From: Candidatus Pelearchaeum maunauluense
Lineage (GTDB): Archaea; Thermoproteota; Nitrososphaeria_A; Caldarchaeales; Caldarchaeaceae
Reading direction: 5' to 3'
Length of the DNA: 64,000 nucleotides
Assembly (NCBI GenBank): GCA_030059675.1
Contig: JANVYQ010000001.1
Location: 1 to 64,000 of the forward strand
Shown: positions 1 to 10,185 of the stretch, piece after piece
How positions within the stretch are numbered: position 1 is the first letter of the stretch
How the letters are laid out: each line of letters starts with the position of its first letter
The notes under the pieces: generated by a model
What the model was told of the DNA's origin: nothing
What the model saw: the letters and a program-made list of their open reading frames with translations, nothing else
The model's database searches: none
Made by a program: the position numbers and the translations under genes

Positions 1-8
1 TCGCTTAC

Positions 9-485
9 TTGGCGTGGCTCTTGGCTGGTATTGATGTGCGCAGAAAGCTCTTCATAACTCTAGGCATCCTAGGGATGGCCTCAATACTGGCTGGCGGAGC
101 AACAGTCGTGTTGATGCAACAGATGACCGTGCCGCCGACAGCTAGGCCTATGGAGAAACTCATACCGATAATAATCTTCTCCCTGGTAATGGGGGGACTT
201 TCTCTCGCGGTCAAGATTCTTGAGCTCATCTCATTCTTCTCTGCTGCGCGTCAATTTGGCGCTAGTATATTCAAGTACGCTGGGATAGCTGGAATCATAG
301 CGCTGGTCGTGGCTATCCTGCTTCCCACGTCTGCTGCCGTTATATTACTGGCCGCTGGGCGTCCAGCTATAAATGGCTTCCTAAGCCTCGTCCTGCCAAC
401 AATATTTGTAGTAGTCTCAGCAGCATATTCTGTGTTCTATATGCTGGCTGCGTATGCTTTCATAGGTCTCCGTAGGGTGGTGTGA
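9..485 (+). CDS. Membrane protein of unknown function (may extend upstream of the window)
   Basis: 158-aa ORF with about four hydrophobic segments; stop is 3 nt before sppA. Confidence 0.6.
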   Translation: MAWLLAGIDVRRKLFITLGILGMASILAGGATVVLMQQMTVPPTARPMEKLIPIIIFSLVMGGLSLAVKILELISFFSAARQFGASIFKYAGIAGIIALVVAILLPTSAAVILLAAGRPAINGFLSLVLPTIFVVVSAAYSVFYMLAAYAFIGLRRVV

Positions 486-488
486 ATT

Positions 489-1436
489 ATGCAGACCAAG
501 TGGATTATTGTTATAGTTGTCGCCGCCGTTGTTGCGGCCTCTCTAATACCGTTCCTATTCATAGCTGGTAATACCCCGCTACCCGTCGGGGGAGACTACG
601 TGGCGTTGCTGGAGCTTAGCGGAACAATCTCCTACGATGGCTCGCCAATATCCCTGTTCGGCAGAACACTAACCCCAGCAGACGTGGAGGAGATGGTTGA
701 GCAGGTTGAGAGCAACCCCTTCGCGAAGGCCGTCGTGCTGGTCATAAACAGCCCTGGAGGCAGCGCGGCGGCGTCTGAGGAGATATACCAGATGTTTAGG
801 AAGCTGGCTGAGAAGAAGCCTGTTGTTGCGTATATTGCTGAGTATGGCGCTTCTGGCGGCTATTATATAGCCCTGCCCGCTAGCAGGATAGTTGCCTCAC
901 CCTCGGCTCTCACAGGCTCCGTAGGCGCTGTTGCGCTGGTCATAAACTATGCGGAGCTGGCTGATAGGCTGGGCATTAGGGCTTACGTCTTCAAGAGCGG
1001 CGGTATGAAGGATGTGGGCAACCCGTTCAGGGAGCTGAGCAGCGAGGAGCAGAAACTCCTCCAGTCGCTCATAGACTCAACAGCCGAGACCTTTGCCTCG
1101 CGGGTGAGGGAGGCGCGCGAGGGAAAGATAAAGGCCTGGGACGAAGTGCTGACGGCCAGGCCATACACAGGGGAGCAGGCTCTCAGGATTGGGCTGGTGG
1201 ACATGGTGGGCAGCATAGGCGATGCCGTAAACGTGGCTAGAGAGCTCGCGGGAGTCCCAGAGGATACCCCAACCCGCTGGATAAGGCCCAGAACCCCGAG
1301 CCTCCTAGAGATGCTACTCGGCGGCGGGCTTGAGATACCAGGCGAGAGAATGAAACTAAGCTACGAGATACTACTAATGTGGCCGCTACCAGAAGCAATA
1401 CCAATAGAAAGCATCACATACCTATCAGCAAACTGA
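489..1436 (+). CDS. sppA: Signal peptide peptidase SppA (S49 family)
   Basis: N-terminal TM anchor; motifs INSPGGS, GASGGYYIA, TGSVG, KSGGMKD. Confidence 0.92.
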   Translation: MQTKWIIVIVVAAVVAASLIPFLFIAGNTPLPVGGDYVALLELSGTISYDGSPISLFGRTLTPADVEEMVEQVESNPFAKAVVLVINSPGGSAAASEEIYQMFRKLAEKKPVVAYIAEYGASGGYYIALPASRIVASPSALTGSVGAVALVINYAELADRLGIRAYVFKSGGMKDVGNPFRELSSEEQKLLQSLIDSTAETFASRVREAREGKIKAWDEVLTARPYTGEQALRIGLVDMVGSIGDAVNVARELAGVPEDTPTRWIRPRTPSLLEMLLGGGLEIPGERMKLSYEILLMWPLPEAIPIESITYLSAN

Positions 1437-1572
1437 CCACACCATAAAGAATTTTGTTGAGGAGCCTTTCAAGCCCGCTTCCTGCTAGAGCTTGGAATTC
1501 GCTGTTGTATATTTTCCTAAAAGCTTTAATAGGCCTGCGTCTCCGAGCATCGGCGAGGCTGTATGAGTAGAG

Positions 1573-2349
1573 GTGGCCCTGTTTGGTAGGGCTTTGCAGA
1601 ACCTACGACTACTGCGTGAGCCGCGTATATATAGACTAGGCCCTGTGGAAAATCCCTACGAGATATACCGAAGCATAGCTCTCGGCGAGGAGTACTCGTT
1701 TCTACTGGAGTCGGTCAGCGGTCCTAGGAAGCTGCGCGAATACTCGTTCATAGGGTTTGACCCCTACTTGGTCATCCGTCTCCATGATGGCATTCTGCTA
1801 GTGAAGGATATTGCTGGCGGCAGCGTGGCTGAGGTGGAGGTAGCTGACCCAGTGGAGCCTCTTAGGTGGCTTGTCCTATCAAACCCCATAGGCTCTGGGT
1901 TTAGGTTCCTGGGCGGCGCGGTAGGATACCTATCTTACGACGCCATACGATACTGGGAGAAGCTACCAGAGCTGGCAAAGCGTGTGGGAGACTTCCCAGA
2001 TATGGAGTTCGCCGTATACGACAGGGGATTTGTGATAGACCATAGGATGGGCGAGGCATACTACTACACCATGCGGAAGGGGGATGATGCACCGCCCAAA
2101 ATAGAACGCGTCAAGAACACAGCCAATCTACGTGTAAGCGGCGTCAAGTGCAACGTCAAGCAGAACGAGTTTGAGGACATGCTTATAAGAGCCAAGGAAT
2201 ACATAGCCGCTGGCGACATCTTCCAAGTAGTTCTATCAAAACGCTACGACATGCAGCTCTCAGGGGACGTTTGTAGATTCTATGAGCAGCTAAGGGAGCT
2301 GAACCCCTCGCCCTACATGTATCTCCTCAAGATGGGTGAGCGGGCATAA
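1573..2349 (+). pseudogene. trpE: Anthranilate synthase component I, 3'-truncated
   Basis: FLLES, GGAVGYLSYD, AKEYIAAGDIFQVVLS, LNPSPYM; stops at 258 aa just before the expected SPE motif, so most of the chorismate-binding domain is missing. Confidence 0.85.
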
Positions 2350-2378
2350 ATCGCCCAAAAACTTGGGAAGTAGATTCT

Positions 2379-2402
2379 GGACACTCGAAAGAGGATTGAA
2401 AG
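2379..2402 (+). CRISPR. Single degenerate CRISPR repeat
   Basis: GGACACTCGAAAGAGGATTGAAAG ends in the archaeal ATTGAAAG handle and resembles the reverse complement of the 38668-38691 repeat (GAATCTCAAAAAGAGAATTGAAAG). Confidence 0.6.
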
Positions 2403-2674
2403 TTCTAAATTCAACTACCTGATAATGAACGAATACGAATTAGTTGTGTAGTATTGCTATTGCAGTCACAGCTTCTTCCAAAGTCTTTAACTCCCTTTAT
2501 CTCTCTGCATGAGAATTTTGGGGAGCATCTCAGGCATACAACGCAGGTTAAGGTCAGCTACGAAAGAAGTCCTAATCAAATACATGTATAAAAAATCGAG
2601 GCTAACCCTAATAACAAAAGCTTAAAGCGAAACTTAACAATGCCCGCTCTGTGAAATTAGCAACGAACTTGTTT

Positions 2675-2690
2675 AATAAAGCCTTATAAG
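2675..2690 (+). promoter_or_regulatory. Putative BRE/TATA promoter of the cas operon
   Basis: AATAAAGCCTTATAAG about 40 nt upstream of the first cas start codon. Confidence 0.45.
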
Positions 2691-2726
2691 TCAGTAATTA
2701 ACGGGAGTTTCTGTGGGTGCGCACGT

Positions 2727-3125
2727 GTGTCCGCGCCTGGTAGTGAATTATTAAATAAAGTGTTATTAAACTATGCAGCAAGAATAGGAGTCGCTGCGAA
2801 GCTTGAGAGAGTTGATAGATCGCAGTTAGAAAAACTGATTACGTCATTAGATTATGTGGGAGGCCAGGAGGAGTCGCTACTCGTAACGTCTGCCTTCGCA
2901 ATGAGGCAGGCGGCTAGAAATGAGCTAGGAAGGACAACGGCGCAGCTAGTAGGCGAAGCTTTGGAGAAGTGTAATGGAAAGGCGCAGGCTAGGGCCGTAT
3001 TGGGACTAGCTAAATGGGTATTTGAAAGCATCGAGAGGATACCCATACAGATTCGTTTGGAGGAGGTAGCTACGCTGAGCTTCCAGCACTACCTGAAGGC
3101 AGTAAGGGAGAGGCAACTTGCCTAA
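2727..3125 (+). CDS. cas11: Type III CRISPR small subunit (Cas11/Csm2-like)
   Basis: 132-aa alpha-helical protein heading a RAMP/Cas10 operon; AFAMRQAAR and LGLAKWVFE segments. Confidence 0.7.
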   Translation: MSAPGSELLNKVLLNYAARIGVAAKLERVDRSQLEKLITSLDYVGGQEESLLVTSAFAMRQAARNELGRTTAQLVGEALEKCNGKAQARAVLGLAKWVFESIERIPIQIRLEEVATLSFQHYLKAVRERQLA

Positions 3126-3834
3126 CTACAAGGACTTCAACTCTGATAAAACACAGATAATTAGGATAGAAGGCATACTCATCAATGAGACCCCACTGAG
3201 GGTCGGAGCTGGCAAGGAATCCTCCTTAGAAGCCAGCGTGGACGTCGCAGTTTACAGGGTCAGGGGTAACCCGTGCATACCTGGTTCTAGCTTAAAGGGA
3301 GTGCTCAGGACTAGATTTGAGCAGTTAGCCAGAAGCGCTGGGCTTAGGGTCCACGGGATATTCGGCGAGGAGGGCGAGAGAATAACAAGGCAAGAGGACG
3401 AGAGTAATGACTTTTGCGAGGTCTGCGGGACGTTCGGTAATACTAGGTTAGCTAGCCACGTGATCGTCAGATACGCTTATCCAATTAATGGAGGAAGGAC
3501 GTTCCTGAAGACGAGCGTAGGTATAGATAGGGTCTTTGAGGGCGCTAGGCCTGGAGTACTGTTCACGGAGGAGCTCGTTGAGCCGTTTACCGAGTGGAGC
3601 TTCGGAATGGATATAATAAATATAGATGTCCTGCCAGAACCGAGAGAGGACGACAACAGGGCTAAACTTCTGAAGTCGCTCCTAGACGAGCTCTCCTCTT
3701 TAGGCGTGTACGTGGGAGCTAGGAGGAGTGTAGGCCACGGGCTCATTAAACTCAGGAAGTGGAGCTGGTCGAAGTACAGCTACGAGAAAGGCAAATTGGT
3801 AAAGGTCGACGGAAGTGAAGTAAAGATTGTCTAG
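3118..3834 (+). CDS. csm3: Cas7-family RAMP (Csm3-like)
   Basis: TPLRVGAG, IPGSSLKGVLR, CEVCGTFG, GIDR, G-rich loop VGARRSVGHG; candidate catalytic Asp in ASVD. Confidence 0.9.
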   Translation: MPNYKDFNSDKTQIIRIEGILINETPLRVGAGKESSLEASVDVAVYRVRGNPCIPGSSLKGVLRTRFEQLARSAGLRVHGIFGEEGERITRQEDESNDFCEVCGTFGNTRLASHVIVRYAYPINGGRTFLKTSVGIDRVFEGARPGVLFTEELVEPFTEWSFGMDIINIDVLPEPREDDNRAKLLKSLLDELSSLGVYVGARRSVGHGLIKLRKWSWSKYSYEKGKLVKVDGSEVKIV

Positions 3835-4738
3835 TAGGGAAGATTGGATAGCGTCGAATAATTATTTGAGAGATGTTTTAATACAGGGAGATATAATAAA
3901 TTTATCGCCTTTAAGGATAGGTGCCGGAAAAGAGACAGTATTGGTTTCCCCGATAGATTTGTCAGTTATACGAGTAAACCTCAATGGTATCCCGACACCG
4001 TACATCCCCGGCTCTAGCTTAAAAGGGATCTTCAGAAGCCAGGCTACCGCGCTGTCTAGGAGCAAGGGACTGAACGTCTGCAGCGGCCTATCTAAGGAGA
4101 CCTGTATGGATACGAAGGTTATAGGAGGTGTTCCATTGAGGCAGTTCGTGGATTGGAACTTAAGGGCAGGTAACGTAGCTAACGCTCTAAGGGCATTCGC
4201 TAGTGACGCCTGTCTGCTCTGTCACGTCTTCGGAGCACCGTCTTACGCCTCAAAGGTCAATTTCTCTGACGCGTACCCAATAGAGCGCGAGGGTGTGAGA
4301 CTAGGCTCTAGGACTGGGATCGCTATAGACAGGAAGACTGGCGCGGTGTTCCACCAAGCGCTTTACACAGTTGAGTACGTCGAGCCCGGCGCTAGGTTCT
4401 CGCTCTCGATACATTGCAGGAACATACCGAACTACGCGCTGGGGCTCATTTCTTCCATCATCAAGTTGGTAAACGATGGCAGCGTTAGGGTCGGAGGATT
4501 GAAGAGCAGAGGCTTCGGCCTAGTAAAGATAGAGAACCTCTCGTTCTCGATAAAGGATGCGCAAGGAAGCGAAGCTGTTCTAAGGGCTCTAGACGAGTGC
4601 GACTCCGAGGTCGACATAAGCGGTTTGCGGAAGGAGAGGAGGGATGGCTACGTAGTTATTAGGGGTGGCGAGTGCGAGCGGTTGATGGACGCCCTGCAGG
4701 AAGTCTGGAGAGGGTTTAAGGGTTATGAGCAGCGTTGA
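3827..4738 (+). CDS. cas7: Cas7-family RAMP (Csm3/Csx7-like)
   Basis: SPLRIGAG, PYIPGSSLKGIFR, CLLCHVFG, GIAIDRKTG, VGGLKSRGFG. Confidence 0.9.
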   Translation: MSSREDWIASNNYLRDVLIQGDIINLSPLRIGAGKETVLVSPIDLSVIRVNLNGIPTPYIPGSSLKGIFRSQATALSRSKGLNVCSGLSKETCMDTKVIGGVPLRQFVDWNLRAGNVANALRAFASDACLLCHVFGAPSYASKVNFSDAYPIEREGVRLGSRTGIAIDRKTGAVFHQALYTVEYVEPGARFSLSIHCRNIPNYALGLISSIIKLVNDGSVRVGGLKSRGFGLVKIENLSFSIKDAQGSEAVLRALDECDSEVDISGLRKERRDGYVVIRGGECERLMDALQEVWRGFKGYEQR

Positions 4739-5699
4739 GGTCATAAAGAACCCGCCTAGGAGGAGGGACGTTTACGAAGGCTTAACCGGGACTATACGAG
4801 CCTCAATAATAGCAGAGAGTTTCCTTTTCGTCGGCTCTGGCAGGAGATCGATCGGGATCAGCGAAGAAAATGTAAGGAGGGTACTGAGCGGCAAGAGGAA
4901 TTTCAGGCAGGCGGCCGTCGAGCTATCTCAGAGGATAAAGCTCGAGCACGACGAGTTCTCGGTCAGCGGAGGAAGGGCTGTAGTTCCTGGCTCAAGCGTT
5001 AAGGGGAACGTGAGGTCTAGGATAGAGTTAAGCATCGTTCCGAGCGCGGGAAAGGTAATCTCATGCTTAGTAAGGGCCTCGAGAGTATCTAGCGAGCCCG
5101 GCAGGGGCACGCAGGGGTGGAGGCACTGGAGGATATGGAGGGAAGGCATCGAGGCACAAAGGGGCCCTCCATGCGATATGACTAGGGGCCAGACGGTCTG
5201 CAAAGTGTGCGACCTCTTCGGGAGCGCTGGGCTCATTAGCTTGATTCACTTCAGCGACTTCCAGATGGGTGACGGAGGTCTAGAACCGCTATCATTGGAT
5301 CACGGGATCAAACTCATGTCGGCCCGCCCTGGCTCTGTCTTCAACGGTTCCATCGCGTTCATGAACCTCTCTCCTGACGAGCTCGGCCTGCTCTTGTTCG
5401 GAATGGGCATAAGGAATTCCGCTGAAGGCTTAACCATATTGTTCGGCAAGCTTAAGTACAGGAAAGAGTTCTCTGGGAGGCAGTTCGGGAGGGGTAAATT
5501 CAAGGTAGAACGGATAGAGTTAAGCGACGTCTCCAAACCTTTGGTGACAGACGGCGGTGAACTCATCGCTCCAGGTAGGTCGGTATCAGGGCCAGAGCTT
5601 AACGGCGTACTAAGGGCACTACGCAAGGCGATGCTAGACTCGTTCTCTAATTATCTCGTCGAGATAATGGAGGTCGAGAGGTTACATGGCATTAGTTAA
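4725..5699 (+). CDS. cas7: Cas7-family RAMP (Csm5-like, type III-D)
   Basis: LFVGSG, VPGSSVKGNVRS, CKVCDLFG, ELGLLL, FGKLKY...FGRG. Confidence 0.8.
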   Translation: MSSVEVIKNPPRRRDVYEGLTGTIRASIIAESFLFVGSGRRSIGISEENVRRVLSGKRNFRQAAVELSQRIKLEHDEFSVSGGRAVVPGSSVKGNVRSRIELSIVPSAGKVISCLVRASRVSSEPGRGTQGWRHWRIWREGIEAQRGPPCDMTRGQTVCKVCDLFGSAGLISLIHFSDFQMGDGGLEPLSLDHGIKLMSARPGSVFNGSIAFMNLSPDELGLLLFGMGIRNSAEGLTILFGKLKYRKEFSGRQFGRGKFKVERIELSDVSKPLVTDGGELIAPGRSVSGPELNGVLRALRKAMLDSFSNYLVEIMEVERLHGIS

Positions 5700-8442
5700 C
5701 ATACCTTACACACCTCTGGGATACCCCGTCTACAAGTCCTTCATAATACCGTATAGGGATGGAGACGGGGTAGTTACCTGTAGGCGTCTAGAGAAGAGCG
5801 ACGTCGATAACTGGAGGGAGACGCTAGCGCAGCTCAGGGAGTTCTTAGAGCTAGTCGAAGGTACGGCCGCCGATGAGGAGGTAAAGGTTGAGTTAATTGC
5901 AGATATGGTCGCCGCCTTCTTCAAGGCTCCTCTTATAGCCGACCCGTTACCGTCACTCTTCATAAGCCCCTCGAAGCTTTACGTCATGCTCAGGTCCTTC
6001 GGCAGCAAACGGCTTAGCGACTTAATAATGCTAGATAAACGTCAGGAGAGCTTCTTGGACGTCTTTCGGACGGTTATGAACGAAGACATTATAAGGAAAA
6101 TCAAAAGCTCGAAGTTGTACGGTTATCTCTCTAGTAGGAGGTTATACGAGGTTCTGGAGAACAGCTGGTTCGTTATCCCTGCAGATACTAGGCCTGGCTA
6201 CAACGTCTCGAGTTTAGTACCACACCTGTTGCTCAGCTCAGCCGCTGCGTGGTGCATAGCTGTAAACAACGGAGGTGTTGAGAGGGAGGAGGCCGCATTG
6301 ATAAGAATTGCAGCGATGTTTCACGACGCGGGGAAGCCGTTTAATTACCAGCGGCACGTTGAACCCTCTTTACAGGTCGCTAGGTCCGTCTTAGGTAACG
6401 TCATACACCCGAGTTATATAGATAAGATAGTTGAGATAATAGAGAGGCACCACGAGGAGACTTCACCACTACATAAAGCTGACAGGGCAGTAGCGTCGAT
6501 CGACAGGCTGAACTACTTGGTAAGCGCGTTGATAGGCAACGAGATAAGGGACGCGGCTAAGGAGATAGGTGAGGTCGACGAAGTAAAGGATGAGCTTTAC
6601 CAGACGGGATGGAGCTTCTGGAGGAGATTATACGAGCATTATTCTTCTTCAGGAGCTGATAAGGTTAGGGAGCTGTCGGAGAAGTTCGTTAACAGACTAG
6701 CAGAGCACTCAGATAGTTACAAGTCGGTAATAGACAAGGAGAAGGCAGACGGTGAGGAGGTAAAGGACATAGATGTGCTGCTAATTGACATTGGAGGAAT
6801 ACAGAACTTCATATACAAGGGCGAGGACCTCCGCTCGCTATCGGCCGCTAGTCTCTCGGTAGACTTCCTCACGATGGCATACATACCCCTTTTCCTCCAG
6901 AGCTTCCTGCTCAGCCGATACGGCATCTGGCCCCCATACGAGGCGTTCGTCTACTCGGCTGGAGGTGTAGTCGAGGTGCTCCTGCCCTCGCGCATCGCTG
7001 AGAAGGTCAGCGGAGAGTTGGAGGAGGAGCTGAACAGGCGCGTGAAGGGAAGGTCGTCGATGAATGAGCTCTCGGTCAGGCTGATCAGAGGGAGACTCTA
7101 CACTAAGTACTCTACGACCACCGTCAAGTTAAGCCAAGGGATGGCTATCAAGAAGAACACCTCGAGGATGGACGTCACCCAAGAAGTAGAGGGCGAACTA
7201 GGAAAAGAAGTGAAGAGGTTATGCGAGAACTGTAGGTCTAGAAGGCCGGCGCGCGGCGAGCGCGTATGCGAGGTCTGCAGGGCTCTTAGAGAGATAGGCA
7301 GCGCGATCCACTTCAAGGAGAAGTACACAACGGAGGTCGAGCTACCGCAAGGGATATCACGGGATAGGATTTTGACGTGCGAAAAGGCGTTTGGGATTGA
7401 TTGGAATAGTGCATCTAACTTCCTGACCGAGCTAATAGCTGGCAACGATCCTAGGAAGTTGCCAGAAGAGAAGATAAGGTCTCTGGCAGTTGTAGCGTGT
7501 GACGGGAATTTAATGGGCCCGTTCATAGCTTCTAGCGTTTCTTTGACCGATAAACTAGAGAGGAGCACTAGAATAGATATCGCGATGAAGAAGGCTTTGC
7601 GGAGAGCTGTCGAGGAGATATCTAAGGCTATCGGTAGCGAGGACGGGGAGGAGGCCGTAAGGACGTATCTAAGGGTATACCTCGGGACCGTCTACGCTGG
7701 CGGAGACGACGCGCTCATACTGAGCCCCGCATGGGCCTCGCCTATATTAGCTACTAGGCTATCTGAAGAGTTCGCGAGGGAGCTAGGAGGGGCTAGAGGG
7801 CTTTCCGTCGGGTTGGTAGCCGTCAACGCCAGGGCTAACATATGGGGCGCTATCGACGCCGCCAAAAGCCTGCTCAAGTTCGCTAAAGATAAGGGAAGGG
7901 ACAGGCTAGGCGAGGGGTTAGGATATATCGCATTTGACGCTATCGACGCAGGGATGTTCTCCGGGAGCACCTCAAAGTCGAGGTTGGGACAACTCGAAGC
8001 CGCTATTCTTTCACATCAACCGTACGTTATAGGCCGCGATTCAGATAACTCGATCAACGCGCTGTTGTCTATAATCCTCTCGGGGAGCTGGTCATCAGGC
8101 GATCCTAAAGGCGCTGAGGACGCTGTTAGGAAAGCCTTTAAGATCTACATAGGTGGAGAGGAGCAGAACGAGGTTAAAAGGTTAAGGAACGTGATCCGGA
8201 GGGCCCTCTCGTCCTGCTTGGAGATGGCAGCCGCACTAGGGATCTCTAAGGACTCTGAGAGCTACGTAGGAGGCCTAATACCGACGTATATCGCTAGGCA
8301 AATAGCTAGAGTTAAGGAGGGCACTGGTGGGAGGGCTTACGAGATTACCTTCAAGCTAATTCCCGGCTTCGTTGGTAGCAATTATTCTGCGCTAGGAGAC
8401 GCTTTCATCATGATAAAGATACTCGGAGGCGGATTGTTATGA
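5686..8442 (+). CDS. cas10: Cas10 large subunit with HD nuclease and cyclase Palm domain
   Basis: PADTRPG..SL..H, MFHDAGK, HH, ADR; IDIGGIQNFI; YSAGG; Zn finger CENC...CEVC; DGNLMG; YAGGDD. Confidence 0.95.
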   Translation: MALVNIPYTPLGYPVYKSFIIPYRDGDGVVTCRRLEKSDVDNWRETLAQLREFLELVEGTAADEEVKVELIADMVAAFFKAPLIADPLPSLFISPSKLYVMLRSFGSKRLSDLIMLDKRQESFLDVFRTVMNEDIIRKIKSSKLYGYLSSRRLYEVLENSWFVIPADTRPGYNVSSLVPHLLLSSAAAWCIAVNNGGVEREEAALIRIAAMFHDAGKPFNYQRHVEPSLQVARSVLGNVIHPSYIDKIVEIIERHHEETSPLHKADRAVASIDRLNYLVSALIGNEIRDAAKEIGEVDEVKDELYQTGWSFWRRLYEHYSSSGADKVRELSEKFVNRLAEHSDSYKSVIDKEKADGEEVKDIDVLLIDIGGIQNFIYKGEDLRSLSAASLSVDFLTMAYIPLFLQSFLLSRYGIWPPYEAFVYSAGGVVEVLLPSRIAEKVSGELEEELNRRVKGRSSMNELSVRLIRGRLYTKYSTTTVKLSQGMAIKKNTSRMDVTQEVEGELGKEVKRLCENCRSRRPARGERVCEVCRALREIGSAIHFKEKYTTEVELPQGISRDRILTCEKAFGIDWNSASNFLTELIAGNDPRKLPEEKIRSLAVVACDGNLMGPFIASSVSLTDKLERSTRIDIAMKKALRRAVEEISKAIGSEDGEEAVRTYLRVYLGTVYAGGDDALILSPAWASPILATRLSEEFARELGGARGLSVGLVAVNARANIWGAIDAAKSLLKFAKDKGRDRLGEGLGYIAFDAIDAGMFSGSTSKSRLGQLEAAILSHQPYVIGRDSDNSINALLSIILSGSWSSGDPKGAEDAVRKAFKIYIGGEEQNEVKRLRNVIRRALSSCLEMAAALGISKDSESYVGGLIPTYIARQIARVKEGTGGRAYEITFKLIPGFVGSNYSALGDAFIMIKILGGGLL

Positions 8443-9119
8443 AGGAGATAAAGGTCTACCTGAAACCGGTCACACTCCTGAGTATAGGTTCCGGCGTAGA
8501 GGAGGCTGTAGGTTCTGACATAGTGCAGATCAGGACTAGGACCGAGAGGGGACTCGTTCCTTACATACCCGGCTCTTCAGTCAAGGGAGCGCTCAGGTCG
8601 GCAGTCAGCAGGGTAGCTAGGAACTACGGCTTCGAGAGCTGCGGCGAGACTCTGCCTGAATATGTGAAGGCTAGACACGTAGAGATGCTTAAAGAGGGAA
8701 AGGAGTGCGACGTCTGCTACGTCTTCGGCCAACCGGGCCCGTCAGTATCTAATATGGGAAAGGCAGTCTTCTCGCCTTTCTACCCGGACGGTGAAGTAAC
8801 TGTTACCTCGATAACTAGGGTTAGGTTAGAAGACTCCAGCTTAAGGGCCCACGAGGGAGCGCTATATACGGCCGAGTGCATAGTGCCGGGCCAGACCTTC
8901 AGCGGCTCGATTAGAATAATAGCTAGGAGAAACGGAGACGTCAGGAAAACGCTACAACTGCTGCTGCTCTCGCTAGCGTCCCTAAGGACCGATAGAATAG
9001 GAAGGTCAGGGATAACCGATGTTAGGATAGAATTAGCTGATGATTTGAAGGCACTGTTAGACAGTAAGTGGAGGTCCCTCGCCTCAGATTTGGAGGGGTG
9101 GTTCTGGGTTGATATGTAA
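8439..9119 (+). CDS. cas7: Cas7-family RAMP (Csm3-like)
   Basis: LSIGSG, GSD, PYIPGSSVKGALR, CDVCYVFG, IGRSG. Confidence 0.88.
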   Translation: MKEIKVYLKPVTLLSIGSGVEEAVGSDIVQIRTRTERGLVPYIPGSSVKGALRSAVSRVARNYGFESCGETLPEYVKARHVEMLKEGKECDVCYVFGQPGPSVSNMGKAVFSPFYPDGEVTVTSITRVRLEDSSLRAHEGALYTAECIVPGQTFSGSIRIIARRNGDVRKTLQLLLLSLASLRTDRIGRSGITDVRIELADDLKALLDSKWRSLASDLEGWFWVDM

Positions 9120-10185
9120 AGAGGTAGAGATCGAGTTCGTAACCCCTGCGATAGTGAGCACACGCGTATCCGATAGAGGTTACGTTGCGCCGAGCAGCTA
9201 CATAGCCGCTACTACCGTTAGAGGGGCCCTGTTATCATCGCTGCTCTATCACGGGTACGTCGACGAGGAGCTAGTAGCCAAAGAGGCCGAGAGGCCCTCG
9301 GTAATAGCTAGCCCTGCCTATCCGTTGAGCGGTGAAGGCAAGAGGGCCCTTCCAGCCACTCTTCTACACATCAGGTGCAAGGTCTGCAAGGAAGTACGCA
9401 TTCCGCAAGACTTCAGGATAACCGCAGAAGGGATCGAGGGAGCGGAGACGCTTTGTAGAAATGGTCACCCAGCTGTGGAGAGTCCACATCCTAAACCGGT
9501 ATACCTTAGCGGAGAAAAAGGTATGGAGGATGCAAATGTCAGCTGCGAGAGCCCGATAAACGTAGGGATGAGCAGGTACAGGGCCTCGGCAGCTGGAAAG
9601 ATGCTCTACATATACGAGGCCATCTCGCCAAAGAGCAGGTTCTGGTTCAGGGTCGTTAGCTTAGAGGACGTAGAGGTCCCATCGCAACAAACCCTGTGGC
9701 TCGGGAGAGGGATAACTAGAGGCTTCGGCGAGGCTAGGATGAGGGTCAGGAGCGAGATAAGCTTCGAGGGGCTTGCTGAGCGGATGAGGGACGCTAGCAG
9801 GGAGGGTAGGGAGCTGCTATTCTACTCGTTATCGCCCATAGCTAGGGTTGACGGCGATAAGTACTGTGGCTACCCATCGAGGGTAGATCTTTACAGGTTA
9901 TCTGCTAAGAGGAGGGGAGGGGAGCTCAGGATACGAAACATTTACGGCCGGCCGATCGACGTGAGTCTAGGCTGGAGCATTACTAGGGAGAGGGAGGGCG
10001 AGAGGCCAAATCTCTTCTCAGTAGCTCCGATGGGCTCACTCGTGGTAGCTAGCCCGCATGAGACGAGCCCGGAGGACCTAGCCATGCTGTTCCTAGCTGG
10101 TACCGTAGAGGACGTCCTGGGTTCTCCGATAACGGGGCTTAACATGTTAGGCCCTGCCGAGCTAGCTCTGGGCGAGAATCTGTGA
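9109..10185 (+). CDS. cas5: Cas5-group RAMP (Csx10/Csm4-like)
   Basis: YIAATTVRGAL, SPAYP, LGRGITRGFG, second degenerate RRM; position after Cas10. Confidence 0.75.
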   Translation: MICKEVEIEFVTPAIVSTRVSDRGYVAPSSYIAATTVRGALLSSLLYHGYVDEELVAKEAERPSVIASPAYPLSGEGKRALPATLLHIRCKVCKEVRIPQDFRITAEGIEGAETLCRNGHPAVESPHPKPVYLSGEKGMEDANVSCESPINVGMSRYRASAAGKMLYIYEAISPKSRFWFRVVSLEDVEVPSQQTLWLGRGITRGFGEARMRVRSEISFEGLAERMRDASREGRELLFYSLSPIARVDGDKYCGYPSRVDLYRLSAKRRGGELRIRNIYGRPIDVSLGWSITREREGERPNLFSVAPMGSLVVASPHETSPEDLAMLFLAGTVEDVLGSPITGLNMLGPAELALGENL

